NCBI GenBank assembly: GCA_902575095.1
Contig: CACGPY010000001.1
Coordinates: forward strand, 68,464 to 132,463
Origin: an uncultured Pelagibacteraceae bacterium
GTDB taxonomy: Bacteria; Pseudomonadota; Alphaproteobacteria; Pelagibacterales; Pelagibacteraceae
Length of the DNA: 64,000 bases
Direction of reading: 5' to 3'
In this document: positions 18,166-28,021 of the stretch, piece after piece
Numbering within the stretch: position 1 is the first letter of the stretch
Layout of the letters: each line of letters opens with the position of its first letter
The notes under the pieces: generated by a model
Databases searched by the model: none
What the model saw: only the letters and a program-made list of their open reading frames with translations
Told to the model about the DNA's origin: nothing
Translations under genes and position numbers: made by a program

Positions 18166-19584
18166 ATGTCTAATTTTGTCTTTTATGATTTCGAGACCAG
18201 TTCCTCCAATAAATATTGGGGGCAGATAATTCAAATTGGTGCTGTCTTAACCAATGATAATCTCGATGAACTAGATAGATTTGATGCTAGATGCAGGTTA
18301 AGCCCTGGAATTATTCCTGAGGCTATGGCACTGATTGTAAATAAATCGTCACCTCAGATGTTAAAGAATTCAAATTTATCCCATTATGAGATGATAAGAC
18401 AATTTGTTGAAACTTTAAAAAGATGGGGAAAAGCTACTTATATAGGATTTAACTCAATAGAATTCGACGAAGAGTTTCTAAGGTGTACTTTATTTCAAAC
18501 TTTAGAATATCCTTACATTACAAGCACAAATGGAAACACTAGAGGAGATGTTCTGAGTTTAGCCAGAGCAGCTAATTTGTATTACCCAAACACTTTAAAA
18601 AATTCTGTGAACGAAAAAGGAAATGATGTTTACAAATTAGACCAAATGGCCCCTCTAAATGGTATTAAACACGTCGCCCACCAAGCAATCGGAGACGTAG
18701 CTGCCACTATCGGAATAGCTAAAATTATTTCTAAAAAAGCACCTAATGTTTGGAAAGCAAGCATGTTAACAATGGATAAAACACAATCATTAGAAATAAT
18801 TAAAAAAGAACTTTTCTTTTGCACAAATGAATACTTTTACGGACGTAGTAGACCATATGTACAAACTTTTGTGTGTCAGCACCCTCAATATCAATGGCCA
18901 TTATGTTTTGATTTAAGGCATGATCCAACACCTTACTTAAGTATGCCATTAAAAGAATTAGAGGCTGCAATGAAAAAACAACCAAAGTTTATTAGAACCG
19001 TAAGACATAATAAACATCCAGTAATAATGAATCCATCTTATGGAGATAAATTTGAGGAATACAAAGTAATAGGAACAACAAAATTAAAAGCTAGAGCAGA
19101 ACTTGTCAGAAAAAATAAAGAATTTGCAGAAAAAATTCAATTTATAAAACGTTCAGAGGTAGAGGAAAAAGAGCAAAATAAATCGCAAGAGGACCTATAC
19201 AACGAGGAAAGTATTTACGCTAAATTTACAACAACAGAGGATAATAAAGTAATGCCCGAATTCCATTCTGCTGAGTGGGATAAAAAATTGAGTGTAATTT
19301 CTAAATTTAAAGATGAGCGTTTACAATATTTTGGAAAAAAACTTCTCTATATGGAAAAACCTGAAGTATTAAGTAAAGAAGATTATAATCTAATACACAA
19401 AGATACAGCTAAAAAATTACTAAGCACTAATAATGAACGATGGAATACAATACCACGCACATATTCTGAGATAGATACTTTGAGAGCAAAATTTGAAAAA
19501 CAAGAGGATCAGCAAAAATTAAAAATTTTAGATGATATTAACGCATACGTTGAAGATTTAGAAAAACATTACTCATCTGCATAG
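18166..19584 (+). CDS. sbcB: Exodeoxyribonuclease I (DEDDh)
   Basis: FYDFET, GFNSIEFDEE, YKLDQM, AHQAIGDV. Confidence 0.85.
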   Translation: MSNFVFYDFETSSSNKYWGQIIQIGAVLTNDNLDELDRFDARCRLSPGIIPEAMALIVNKSSPQMLKNSNLSHYEMIRQFVETLKRWGKATYIGFNSIEFDEEFLRCTLFQTLEYPYITSTNGNTRGDVLSLARAANLYYPNTLKNSVNEKGNDVYKLDQMAPLNGIKHVAHQAIGDVAATIGIAKIISKKAPNVWKASMLTMDKTQSLEIIKKELFFCTNEYFYGRSRPYVQTFVCQHPQYQWPLCFDLRHDPTPYLSMPLKELEAAMKKQPKFIRTVRHNKHPVIMNPSYGDKFEEYKVIGTTKLKARAELVRKNKEFAEKIQFIKRSEVEEKEQNKSQEDLYNEESIYAKFTTTEDNKVMPEFHSAEWDKKLSVISKFKDERLQYFGKKLLYMEKPEVLSKEDYNLIHKDTAKKLLSTNNERWNTIPRTYSEIDTLRAKFEKQEDQQKLKILDDINAYVEDLEKHYSSA

Positions 19585-19618
19585 TTGACAATAAACTAAA
19601 AATACTTATTTAGACTAT
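19585..19618 (+). promoter_or_regulatory. sigma70-like promoter just upstream of thioredoxin
   Basis: TTGACA at 19585-19590 with a TA-rich -10 region immediately before ATG 19619. Confidence 0.4.
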
Positions 19619-19939
19619 ATGGCTATTAAAAAAATTTCAGATGAAAATTATAAAAGTGAAGTCTTAGACAATCCTAAAACTACAGTGATCAAATTTCAGG
19701 CTGATTTTTGTGGTCCATGTCACGCTCTAACCCCAATTGTCGAAAAAATTTCAGATGAAATGCCAGAAGTGAAATTTGTATCAATGGAAATTGACAAAGA
19801 CGGCGTTAACACGGCAACCGAATTTGGAATTAGATCTATCCCTCAACTGTACGTCATAAAAAATGGTAAAGTCATTTCCCAAAAAGCTGGAGCGTCTGAT
19901 TACGATACTATTAAGAAGTGGCTTACCGAAAACGTTTAA
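19619..19939 (+). CDS. trxA: Thioredoxin
   Basis: 106 aa; CGPC active site (FCGPC), GIRSIP. Confidence 0.9.
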   Translation: MAIKKISDENYKSEVLDNPKTTVIKFQADFCGPCHALTPIVEKISDEMPEVKFVSMEIDKDGVNTATEFGIRSIPQLYVIKNGKVISQKAGASDYDTIKKWLTENV

Positions 19940-21198
19940 TTCTTATTTAAAATATTTCCTAAATTATAGAGAGAACCCAAACAAATAATCAATTTTCTGT
20001 TTTTCGAAGTTATTTTTTCAATTGCTTCATCAAAATTTTTAGCTTTATCTACATTAAATCGATTTTTTTTTGCTATAACTTTTAAATCTTTAGCAGATGT
20101 GCAATTCTTCTCATTTTCTATAGGCACAGTTATTATCTTTTTAAAAATTCCTTTAAACTGCTTAATAAACAAATTAGGGTCTTTATTTTTCATCATTGCC
20201 CAAACAGCGTATTTAGGTAATTTAATATTTCTTAAATAATTTGCTAAATTTTTTGCATCTGCCTCTGCATGAGCACCATCTAGCATGATTTGCTCCTTTT
20301 TATAAAGTTTATTTTTTATCTTCCCTGTTTTTAAATACTGAAATCTTCCTTCAAAAGAAATACTTGGAATAGTTTTTTCGATGACTTTTTTATCAATCTT
20401 AAGATCAAGCGATATTTTTATTGCATGGCATAGATTTTCTAATAATCCTTTAGAATGAATATTTTTAGTAATGAGTTTAATCTTATTTTTTTTATCCTCA
20501 TAAAAATAGTGTTTATTTTTCTTGGTTAATTTCCAACTATTAGGATAAGTTATTATACTTTTATTATTTTTAAGATTTTTCTTAATTTTCTTTAATACTC
20601 TAGGTCTTTGTTTGCCAACATAAATTTTAGTAAAATTACTTAAAAAACCTACTTTCTGATAAACAACTTCATCTAACGTTTTTTTTTTAAGAAAATTTAA
20701 ATGTTGCTTATTAATATTGACGATTACTTGAGCTAAAGGAAAATCAAATACATTAGTCGAGTCTTTAGCAAATAATGCACCTGCTTCTACTAAGTGATAT
20801 TCAGTTTTTTGTTTTGAAGCATTAATTATATAAACTACAGTAAGTACTTCAAAAATAGTGAGAGGGACTTTTAATTTTGCGATTAGCGTGATTGATTGTT
20901 TAATTTCTTGATGGGTTAAATATCTATCACCCATCCAAAACCGTTCTTTAATATCTTTTAGTGAAGGTGAGATATAAGTGGTTGTTGTTTGTTTATTTGC
21001 TTCAATAAAGCATTTGATTGAGTACAATGTTGTAAATTTTCCACTTGAGCCTAAAAAATTTATAACATTATTTAATTTTCTTTCAGGATGTCCTAATTTT
21101 TTTAAAACCAACTTTATTCTTTTTAAATTAAAATTAATTGTTTTATTGAAAAGCTTATGATTAGCTAGCTGTTTGTAGAGACTTATCGACTGTGACAT
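19936..21198 (-). CDS. folC: Folylpolyglutamate/dihydrofolate synthase
   Basis: LGHPE, YISPSL..ERF, TIFE, VEAG, EGRFQ, LDGAH, GSLY; downstream of accD. Confidence 0.85.
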   Translation of the reverse strand: MSQSISLYKQLANHKLFNKTINFNLKRIKLVLKKLGHPERKLNNVINFLGSSGKFTTLYSIKCFIEANKQTTTTYISPSLKDIKERFWMGDRYLTHQEIKQSITLIAKLKVPLTIFEVLTVVYIINASKQKTEYHLVEAGALFAKDSTNVFDFPLAQVIVNINKQHLNFLKKKTLDEVVYQKVGFLSNFTKIYVGKQRPRVLKKIKKNLKNNKSIITYPNSWKLTKKNKHYFYEDKKNKIKLITKNIHSKGLLENLCHAIKISLDLKIDKKVIEKTIPSISFEGRFQYLKTGKIKNKLYKKEQIMLDGAHAEADAKNLANYLRNIKLPKYAVWAMMKNKDPNLFIKQFKGIFKKIITVPIENEKNCTSAKDLKVIAKKNRFNVDKAKNFDEAIEKITSKNRKLIICLGSLYNLGNILNKN

Positions 21199-22075
21199 TC
21201 GAGTCTTGTTTAGCTTGAGCCTCTGCTTTTTTCAATAGAACATTTAGCAATGTTCCTATAGTTGAATTCAAGTATTGTCTTTCAACTACTAAATCAATTC
21301 CTCCATGATCCTTTACATACTCAGCTGTTTGAAATTGGTCTGGTAAAGTTTCACGAACAGTATCTTGAATTACTCTTCTTCCAGCAAATCCAATTGTGGC
21401 TTTTGGTTCTGCAATTAAGATATCACCTAACATTGCCCAAGAAGCTGTAACACCACCAGTCGTTGGATCAGTTAAAACTACTACAAAAGGAATATTCTTT
21501 CTTTTCAACTCATTGACAGCCAAAGCTGTTCTTGACATTTGCATTAATGCAATAGACGACTCCATCATCCGTTGTCCTCCAGAGCAACTAAAAAACACAT
21601 AAGGCATTTTATTCTCAATCGCATTTTGTGCACCAGCTATAAATGCTTCTCCTGAAGCTGCACCAAATGATCCACCAATAAATCTAAAATCTTGTGCTCC
21701 AACTATCATTTTTATGTTTTGAACTTTTCCTTTTGCGATTAAAATAGCATCATCTTGTCCTGTAAGTTTACGGGCTGCTTTTAATCTATCAGTATATTTC
21801 TTTTTATCTTCAAAATTCAATGGATCATCTTCGGGCAAAGGTGTCTCAATTAATTCAAATTCTTTATTATCAAAAAAAGTTTCAAATCTTTCTCTGCAAG
21901 TTAATTTGTGATGCGCTCCACATTTGGGACAAACCTTCTGATTAGCATCCATATCTTCTTTGTATATTAAATTTTTACATCCACATGTCGTCCAAAGATT
22001 CTCCTCTGTCTTTGAGGATTTTTTTTCAAAAAGTGATTTTATTTTTGGTTTAATAAATTTTGATATCCAATTCAT
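21161..22075 (-). CDS. accD: Acetyl-CoA carboxylase carboxyltransferase beta subunit
   Basis: LW..C Zn ribbon, FIGGSFG, SGGQRMME, PTTGGVTAS, GFAGRRVI. Confidence 0.96.
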   Translation of the reverse strand: MNWISKFIKPKIKSLFEKKSSKTEENLWTTCGCKNLIYKEDMDANQKVCPKCGAHHKLTCRERFETFFDNKEFELIETPLPEDDPLNFEDKKKYTDRLKAARKLTGQDDAILIAKGKVQNIKMIVGAQDFRFIGGSFGAASGEAFIAGAQNAIENKMPYVFFSCSGGQRMMESSIALMQMSRTALAVNELKRKNIPFVVVLTDPTTGGVTASWAMLGDILIAEPKATIGFAGRRVIQDTVRETLPDQFQTAEYVKDHGGIDLVVERQYLNSTIGTLLNVLLKKAEAQAKQDSNVTVDKSLQTAS

Positions 22076-22872
22076 ATAATTTTTCTTTTTAGATTGTACA
22101 CAACTTTATCTAATTTTGTGACAGGATTTTGTCCCAATTTGAGTGAATTCGTTATTGTTTTACACAACATACTGCCAACTACTAGCCCATTAGCCGATTT
22201 TAATGATGATATAGTCTTATCCGTGATACCGAACCCTATTACTAGATTCTTTTTGGGGTTGATTCTTTTTATTTTATTATAGTTTTGAAGAATTTTTTTC
22301 GGTGAAATTTTTAACTTTCCTCCAGTGGTAGATAACATCGATATATAATAAATCATATCATGTGAGTCTTTAATGATTTTTTTCATTCTATCTTTAGATG
22401 TAGTTGGAGACAGAAGTTGAATAAAATTTATTGATTTTCTCTTACATTTATCAGCAAAACTTTTATTTTCAGGGTATGGCAGATCAACTATAATTAGGCC
22501 ATCAACCCCTGACAATTTGCAACTTTTTAAAAAATTATTTTCACCATTTTGGTAAATTAAATTGAAATAACCCATTAGGATAATTGGTTTTTGTGGATTT
22601 GTTTTTTTAAACTTTTTTACTATTTGAAATACATCTTTTAATTTAATTCCATTTTTAAGAGCTCGGTGAGAGCTACCTTGTATTTGCCCTCCATCAGCTA
22701 TAGGCGTGTTATGTGGGAATCCTATCTCAAGAATATCTGCGTGTTTAGATATTTTTTCTAATATTTTTAAAGAATTATTTTTAGTATTATCTCCAGCAAC
22801 TATATAAGTAATTAAAGCTGGTCTTTTTTGTTTTTCACAATTTTTAAAAGCAAGAGAAATTTTAGATTTCAT
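22072..22872 (-). CDS. trpA: Tryptophan synthase alpha subunit
   Basis: EIGFP..PIADG, ILMGYFN, GVDGLIIVDLP, GFGI, VVGS. Confidence 0.93.
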   Translation of the reverse strand: MKSKISLAFKNCEKQKRPALITYIVAGDNTKNNSLKILEKISKHADILEIGFPHNTPIADGGQIQGSSHRALKNGIKLKDVFQIVKKFKKTNPQKPIILMGYFNLIYQNGENNFLKSCKLSGVDGLIIVDLPYPENKSFADKCKRKSINFIQLLSPTTSKDRMKKIIKDSHDMIYYISMLSTTGGKLKISPKKILQNYNKIKRINPKKNLVIGFGITDKTISSLKSANGLVVGSMLCKTITNSLKLGQNPVTKLDKVVYNLKRKII

Positions 22873-24102
22873 CTTATATATGACCCTAGTTTCTGTTTTA
22901 TAATATCTTTATCTTTAAAGCTATCTCCACAAGAGTTCACAATTATTATTTCAGATGAGCTTAATCTAGGCGCTAGTTTAATAGCTTCAGCAAAAGCATG
23001 TGACGGTTCAAGAGAAGGAGAAATATTTTCAAGTTTTGAAACCAGCTTGTAAGCTTTTAGCGCCTCCTCATCACTTGCAGAGGTATATCTAGCTCTTTTT
23101 GTGTCCTTAAGAAAACAATGAAGAGGAGAAATTCCAGGGTAATCAAGTCCTGCTGATATCGACTCCGTTGAACCTATTTGACCCTCTTTATCTTGAATAA
23201 CGTATTGTGCAGCTCCATGAAGAATTCCAATTTTAGATCCATTTGTTAGTGGAGCAGCATGGAGTTTACTATTTCTTGGTCCTCCAGCTTCCACTCCAAT
23301 GAATTGAGCATGAGTATCCATAAACTCATTCCAGAATCCAGCTGCTGAACTACCGCCCCCAACACAATTTATTAATTTCAATTTGTTAGGTATTTTTCCA
23401 AATTCTTCTTTGACTTGTAAAATTAATTCTCTTGAAATTTGAGCTGTGCTCCAAGCACAAATTTTAATAAATATGTTAGGGCCTACTGTGGAACCAACAC
23501 ACATGTGTGTCGTGTCACAGTTTGAAACCCAGTATCGCATACATTCACTCACTGCATCTACTAGTGTTTGACTTCCTGTAGTTACAGGTACTATCTCTGC
23601 ACCATTTTTTCTTATTGCTTCAACGTTAGGTCTTTGTCTTTTAATATCCTTGGCTCCCATAAAAATTTTACATTTAAGACCGAATTTTTTTGCAGCCATA
23701 GACAACATTTTACCAGCGTAACCGGCGCCTGGTATCCCCCACAATCTGTCGAAGTCCGGCCCTTCGAGCAATTAAACAATGTACCGTAGCATTATAAATC
23801 TTGTGAGCTCCACCATTAGCTTCGGAGACTACCTTTGCGTATATTTGCGCACCTCCGAGATAATCTGATAAATTATCTAATTTAATTAAAGGCGTAGGAG
23901 CACCAACGTAAGTTTTAAAGTAATGATCTCTTTCTTTAAGAAACTTTTTATCTTTTCTTAGTCTTGAAAATAGTTTTGTTAAATCGTCTATAGGTTTTCT
24001 AAGGGTCTCAGGTATGAAATTTCCACCAAATTTACCTCCATACATAAAGTTTTTATCGTGTTGATCAATTAGAGGTGTATTTTTTTTAATTTTTAAGCTC
24101 AT
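22869..24102 (-). pseudogene. trpB: Tryptophan synthase beta subunit split by a +1 frameshift near 23730-23733 (true pseudogene or sequencing error)
   Basis: ORF 23710-24102 carries GKFGGNFIPE, PTPL, GAHK; ORF 22869-23771 carries GAG.AG, CVGGGS, SISAGLDYPG, LEPSHA; removing one base from GAT ACC A GGC restores D-T-G-A-G. Confidence 0.85.
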
Positions 24103-24694
24103 TAATCTTATTTATAAATTTTTTAATCTTGTGATGATCTTTGTAACCTAATTGACTTTCTAAACTAGACGATAAATCAAAAAAGTTAACCCCTAATTTG
24201 CTAATATTTTCTACATTATCTTCAGAGATAGAACCCGCTAAAGCATATTTTGTGCCAACAGGAAGTTTCGTAATAAGATTTTTAGGAAATTCTAAGGATT
24301 TTTGCATACCGGGGGTGTCAAATAATATTATATCGGCATTTTCGAATTCTTTGTGTTTATTAATATCTTGTTCATCTTTTACTTTAATTGCCTTGATGAT
24401 TTTAAAGCCCATATTTTGAATTTCCGTAATTCTATCTTTTGTTTCTGATCCATGAAGTTGAATATAATCAAAGTGTCCTATTAAATTTTTATTAATAAAA
24501 TCATCACTTGGATTTACCGTTACAGCTACAAAAATAGAATTCTTTTTTTCATAATTAGAAAGAATTTTAATATCTGAAAGATTTACATTACGAGGAGATT
24601 TTTCATAAAAAACAAATCCTAAATAATTTACTTTAAGGTCAATACATAATTGTACATCTCTGGCTGGATTTAAACCACAAATCTTTATTTTCAT
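24086..24694 (-). CDS. trpF: Phosphoribosylanthranilate isomerase
   Basis: KIKICGL, GFVFYEKSPR, QLHGSE, LAGS, DLSS. Confidence 0.93.
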   Translation of the reverse strand: MKIKICGLNPARDVQLCIDLKVNYLGFVFYEKSPRNVNLSDIKILSNYEKKNSIFVAVTVNPSDDFINKNLIGHFDYIQLHGSETKDRITEIQNMGFKIIKAIKVKDEQDINKHKEFENADIILFDTPGMQKSLEFPKNLITKLPVGTKYALAGSISEDNVENISKLGVNFFDLSSSLESQLGYKDHHKIKKFINKINELKN

Positions 24695-25356
24695 TATTTT
24701 AATTCTTGAAAAAGTTTTTGAATATTTCTTTTAATATTTCCACGAGTAATCGCTCGACCTATTACTAACCAATCAGACTTGACTTTTTTGGCTTCCATAG
24801 AACGTTTCTGATCGTAATTTCTTTTTCCAATCTGAACACCAGGTGTTATAATCTCCTTTTTAAAAATTTTTCTTACAGCGTTTACTTCATATGGGCTGCA
24901 AACTAAAGCATCTAAACCTGATTGTTTAGCAAGACTAGCTTGATGAGCTACTAAACTTTTTACTGATTTATTATAGCCAATCAGTTTTAAATCTTTATTA
25001 TTTAGTGATGTCAAAGTTGTTACACCTACAATTTTTGTCGATCCAGCAACTTTTTTAACAGCTTTAAGGGCAGCTAAACCAGATGAAATATGTACCGTAA
25101 GATAATTAATTTTTAAATCTTTTAAAGCTTTAACTGCGGACATCATAGTATTCACAGTATCATTTAATTTTAAATCGACAAAAATGATTTTGTTTTTTAA
25201 TTTTGAAACGAAATTTCTCCCTTTATTAGAATTCATAAATTCTAATCCAAACTTATACCCAATTTTAAATTTATCTGATTGAGATTGTTTAATAATATTT
25301 TTAATTTTAGTAAGATTTGTAGTGTCACACGCTATAAATATTTTCGGCTTTTTCAT
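24694..25356 (-). CDS. pyrF: Orotidine-5'-phosphate decarboxylase
   Basis: IACD, DLKLNDTVNT, LTVH, LTS, TPGV, DQKR, VIGRAI. Confidence 0.92.
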   Translation of the reverse strand: MKKPKIFIACDTTNLTKIKNIIKQSQSDKFKIGYKFGLEFMNSNKGRNFVSKLKNKIIFVDLKLNDTVNTMMSAVKALKDLKINYLTVHISSGLAALKAVKKVAGSTKIVGVTTLTSLNNKDLKLIGYNKSVKSLVAHQASLAKQSGLDALVCSPYEVNAVRKIFKKEIITPGVQIGKRNYDQKRSMEAKKVKSDWLVIGRAITRGNIKRNIQKLFQELK

Positions 25357-25634
25357 TCGTTAATACTTTTTTTTAGTTTTTTTGAGGCTCTAAATCTGAC
25401 CTTAACACGTTCTGGCTTATAAATTAATTCATTAGTTGCAGGGTTGCGAGCGTTAAAATTTTCTTTTAATTTTTTACAATACCAATGACCCAGCCCTCTA
25501 ATTTGCACATTGTTTCCACTCTTAAGAGCATTAGAAATAGATTTTGAAAAAATATCTATTATTGTTTCTATTTGATGTTTACTAAGTGCGGGATGCTTTT
25601 CTTTAAGCTGTTTTATAAGCTTGTTTCTCGACAA
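25353..25634 (-). CDS. ihfB: Integration host factor beta / HU-family protein
   Basis: VQIRGLG, ARNPAT, VRFRASK; rpsA-ihfB order; TTG start. Confidence 0.85.
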   Translation of the reverse strand: MSRNKLIKQLKEKHPALSKHQIETIIDIFSKSISNALKSGNNVQIRGLGHWYCKKLKENFNARNPATNELIYKPERVKVRFRASKKLKKSINE

Positions 25635-25641
25635 TTAATTT

Positions 25642-27357
25642 TTATTTTTTCCCTTTTTTACCTATTGCCTTTTCAAATATACCTTTTAGTGTGGCTCCAG
25701 ATTTTGTAGCTCCTTCGCCAAATTTTGCTATTAAGGACTTTTCTTCATCTATTTGGGCTGCTTTAACACTTAATTTTACCCTTCTAGCATTTAAATCAAG
25801 CTCTGTTATTTTCGCATCTAGCGCATTATCTTTTGAAAAAACTTCTGGCCTAGCATCCGCAGAGTCTTTTGCAAGATCATTTTTTCTAATCGTCACTATT
25901 AACTTTTTTTCTTGGTCAACAGCCACCTTAACTCCAGTTTTTAGGACTTCATGAATTCTAGTTGTTATAATATCTCCAACCTTTTTTCTATTATCTTTAA
26001 ACCAATCCATTGGATCCTTTTCTAAAGCTCTTTTAGAAAATCTAATTTTATCATCTTTTATTTCTAAAATTTTAACGTTTAATACATCATTTTTTTTAAA
26101 TTTTTTTAAATCTTCAACATTTTCTTGATAAGATATTTCTTTGTAGTGAAGCATACCTGAAAGTTTGGACTCTATTAATTCTCCAAAAATAGCTTTATCT
26201 GTAATATTATTTATCTTAATTTTTGCCTCTTTACCAATTTGATTCTTAATTTTATCCCAAGGATTTTCTAAAATTGCTTTGTAAGATAACGATATTCTTT
26301 TTGACTCTTTCTCAATATTTACAATTTTAAACTTAATTTTTTGCGAAACTGATAAAACTTTACTAGGTTTTATATTTCTGTTTGTCCAATCTAATTCTGA
26401 GTTATGAATTAATCCTTCAATACCATCTTCAATTTTAACAAAACATCCATAATCCATGATTTTAGTGACCTCACCTTCATAAATTTTTCCAACTTTGTAA
26501 TTCTTTTCAATATTTTCATAAGGATCCTCAGTAAGGGCTTTTACAGATGCAGACACTCTATTAGTCTCTTTATCAATCTTTGTTATCTTCACTTTTAATT
26601 TTTGCCCAATTGTAACTAAGTCTACTGGTTTTTTTACTCTTCCGTGACTTAAATCCGAGACATGTAATAATGCATCAACACCATTAATATCTAAAAAAAT
26701 ACCCCAGTCTGTAGTAGCTTTTACTATTGCATTATCAATAATTGAACCTTCTTTGATATTCTTTAACGCTTCACTAATTTCAGCATTTTTACTTTTTTCT
26801 AACACAGCTCTCCGTGATACACAGACATTTCCCCGATTCTTATCTATTCTCGTAGCTATTACTTTTACAGGAGTATTCATAAGATGATCGATCCTTTTAA
26901 GAGGTCTAATATCAATTTGCGAAGATGGCATAAAACAAGGAAGTCCATCAACAGTCGTTATAAATCCACCTTTAACTTTTCCAGTAATATAACCAGTCAT
27001 CTCTTCTTGTGTTTCAAAAACTTTTTCTAATTTTTTCCAAGCTTTCATCTTTCTTGCTTTATCCCTAGACACAATGATCTCACCTTTAAAACTCTCAATT
27101 CTTTCGAGATAAACATCAATTTGTGAACCGACTTTTATTTTCGAAAGTTCATCATCATTTTTGAATTCTTCAATAGGAATCATACCTTCCATTTTGGCTT
27201 TACAATCAACAACAATAAAGTTTTTTGTTATTTCTGAAACAGTTGCTTTAATAATTTCGTTTTCCTTAAGTTTTCTGTCTTTGAAATCTTGATCTAACAG
27301 ACTTTGAAATTCTTTGTGAGATGAGTTTGTTTTTTTTAATTCTTGATCAGTTGACAT
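25642..27357 (-). CDS. rpsA: 30S ribosomal protein S1
   Basis: 571 aa with repeated S1 domains (GIFLD..GVDALLH.SDL, GCFV..GIEGLIH.SEL). Confidence 0.96.
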   Translation of the reverse strand: MSTDQELKKTNSSHKEFQSLLDQDFKDRKLKENEIIKATVSEITKNFIVVDCKAKMEGMIPIEEFKNDDELSKIKVGSQIDVYLERIESFKGEIIVSRDKARKMKAWKKLEKVFETQEEMTGYITGKVKGGFITTVDGLPCFMPSSQIDIRPLKRIDHLMNTPVKVIATRIDKNRGNVCVSRRAVLEKSKNAEISEALKNIKEGSIIDNAIVKATTDWGIFLDINGVDALLHVSDLSHGRVKKPVDLVTIGQKLKVKITKIDKETNRVSASVKALTEDPYENIEKNYKVGKIYEGEVTKIMDYGCFVKIEDGIEGLIHNSELDWTNRNIKPSKVLSVSQKIKFKIVNIEKESKRISLSYKAILENPWDKIKNQIGKEAKIKINNITDKAIFGELIESKLSGMLHYKEISYQENVEDLKKFKKNDVLNVKILEIKDDKIRFSKRALEKDPMDWFKDNRKKVGDIITTRIHEVLKTGVKVAVDQEKKLIVTIRKNDLAKDSADARPEVFSKDNALDAKITELDLNARRVKLSVKAAQIDEEKSLIAKFGEGATKSGATLKGIFEKAIGKKGKK

Positions 27358-27358
27358 A

Positions 27359-28021
27359 TTATTCTGATAAAACTTTTTCTACGTAATTTGACATTTTTTT
27401 TAACATAGCTTGTTTACTTAATTTTCCGGTGTCGATTACTACCGAATCTCTATGTTTAAGTAAAGGGGAGTTTTTTCTATTTATGTCCGATATATTCCTA
27501 ATTCTTATGGCTTTTTTCACCTGATGCAGTTTTAATTTTGGAGAGTTTTTTCTCAATTCTCTAAACCTTCTCTTAGAGGCCGTGTTTAAATCACAGATGA
27601 AAAAAAATTTTACTTTTGACTCTGGTAATATCTTTGTAGAAATATCTCTGCCCTCAATACAACAATTTTTGTTTTTCTTTGCAAAATTCAACTGATATCT
27701 TTTTAAGACATTTCTAATCTTATTTATTTTAGCAATTTTAGCAGATATGTTTGATATTTCCTGCGTATGTAAATTTATTTTTTCTAAATTTTTATAATTT
27801 AAGTTTCTAAATTTCCTTATTAAAAAATTTAATCTGTTTTTTGTTTTTGGTTTATATTTAATAAGTAAATATCCAGCATATCTATAAAGCAAGCCAGAAG
27901 ATAAAAATTTTAAGTTATATTTTTTTGAAATCATTTTAGCACCTGTAGATTTGCCAGTTGCAGCACCTCCATCACAAGAAATTTGTAATTTTTTATTTTT
28001 GTATTTCAAATTTTGCTCCAA
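27359..28021 (-). CDS. cmk: Cytidylate kinase
   Basis: DGGAATGKST P-loop, SGLLYR, EGRDI; aroA-cmk-rpsA order; exact start uncertain. Confidence 0.9.
   Translation of the reverse strand: MEQNLKYKNKKLQISCDGGAATGKSTGAKMISKKYNLKFLSSGLLYRYAGYLLIKYKPKTKNRLNFLIRKFRNLNYKNLEKINLHTQEISNISAKIAKINKIRNVLKRYQLNFAKKNKNCCIEGRDISTKILPESKVKFFFICDLNTASKRRFRELRKNSPKLKLHQVKKAIRIRNISDINRKNSPLLKHRDSVVIDTGKLSKQAMLKKMSNYVEKVLSE

Noticed and set aside
16156-19584. ADP-ribosylglycohydrolase, RmuC and ExoI as an anti-phage defence operon
   Set aside because: rmuC has its own -10; RmuC and ExoI are common housekeeping genes; no toxin, ADP-ribosyltransferase or mobility context
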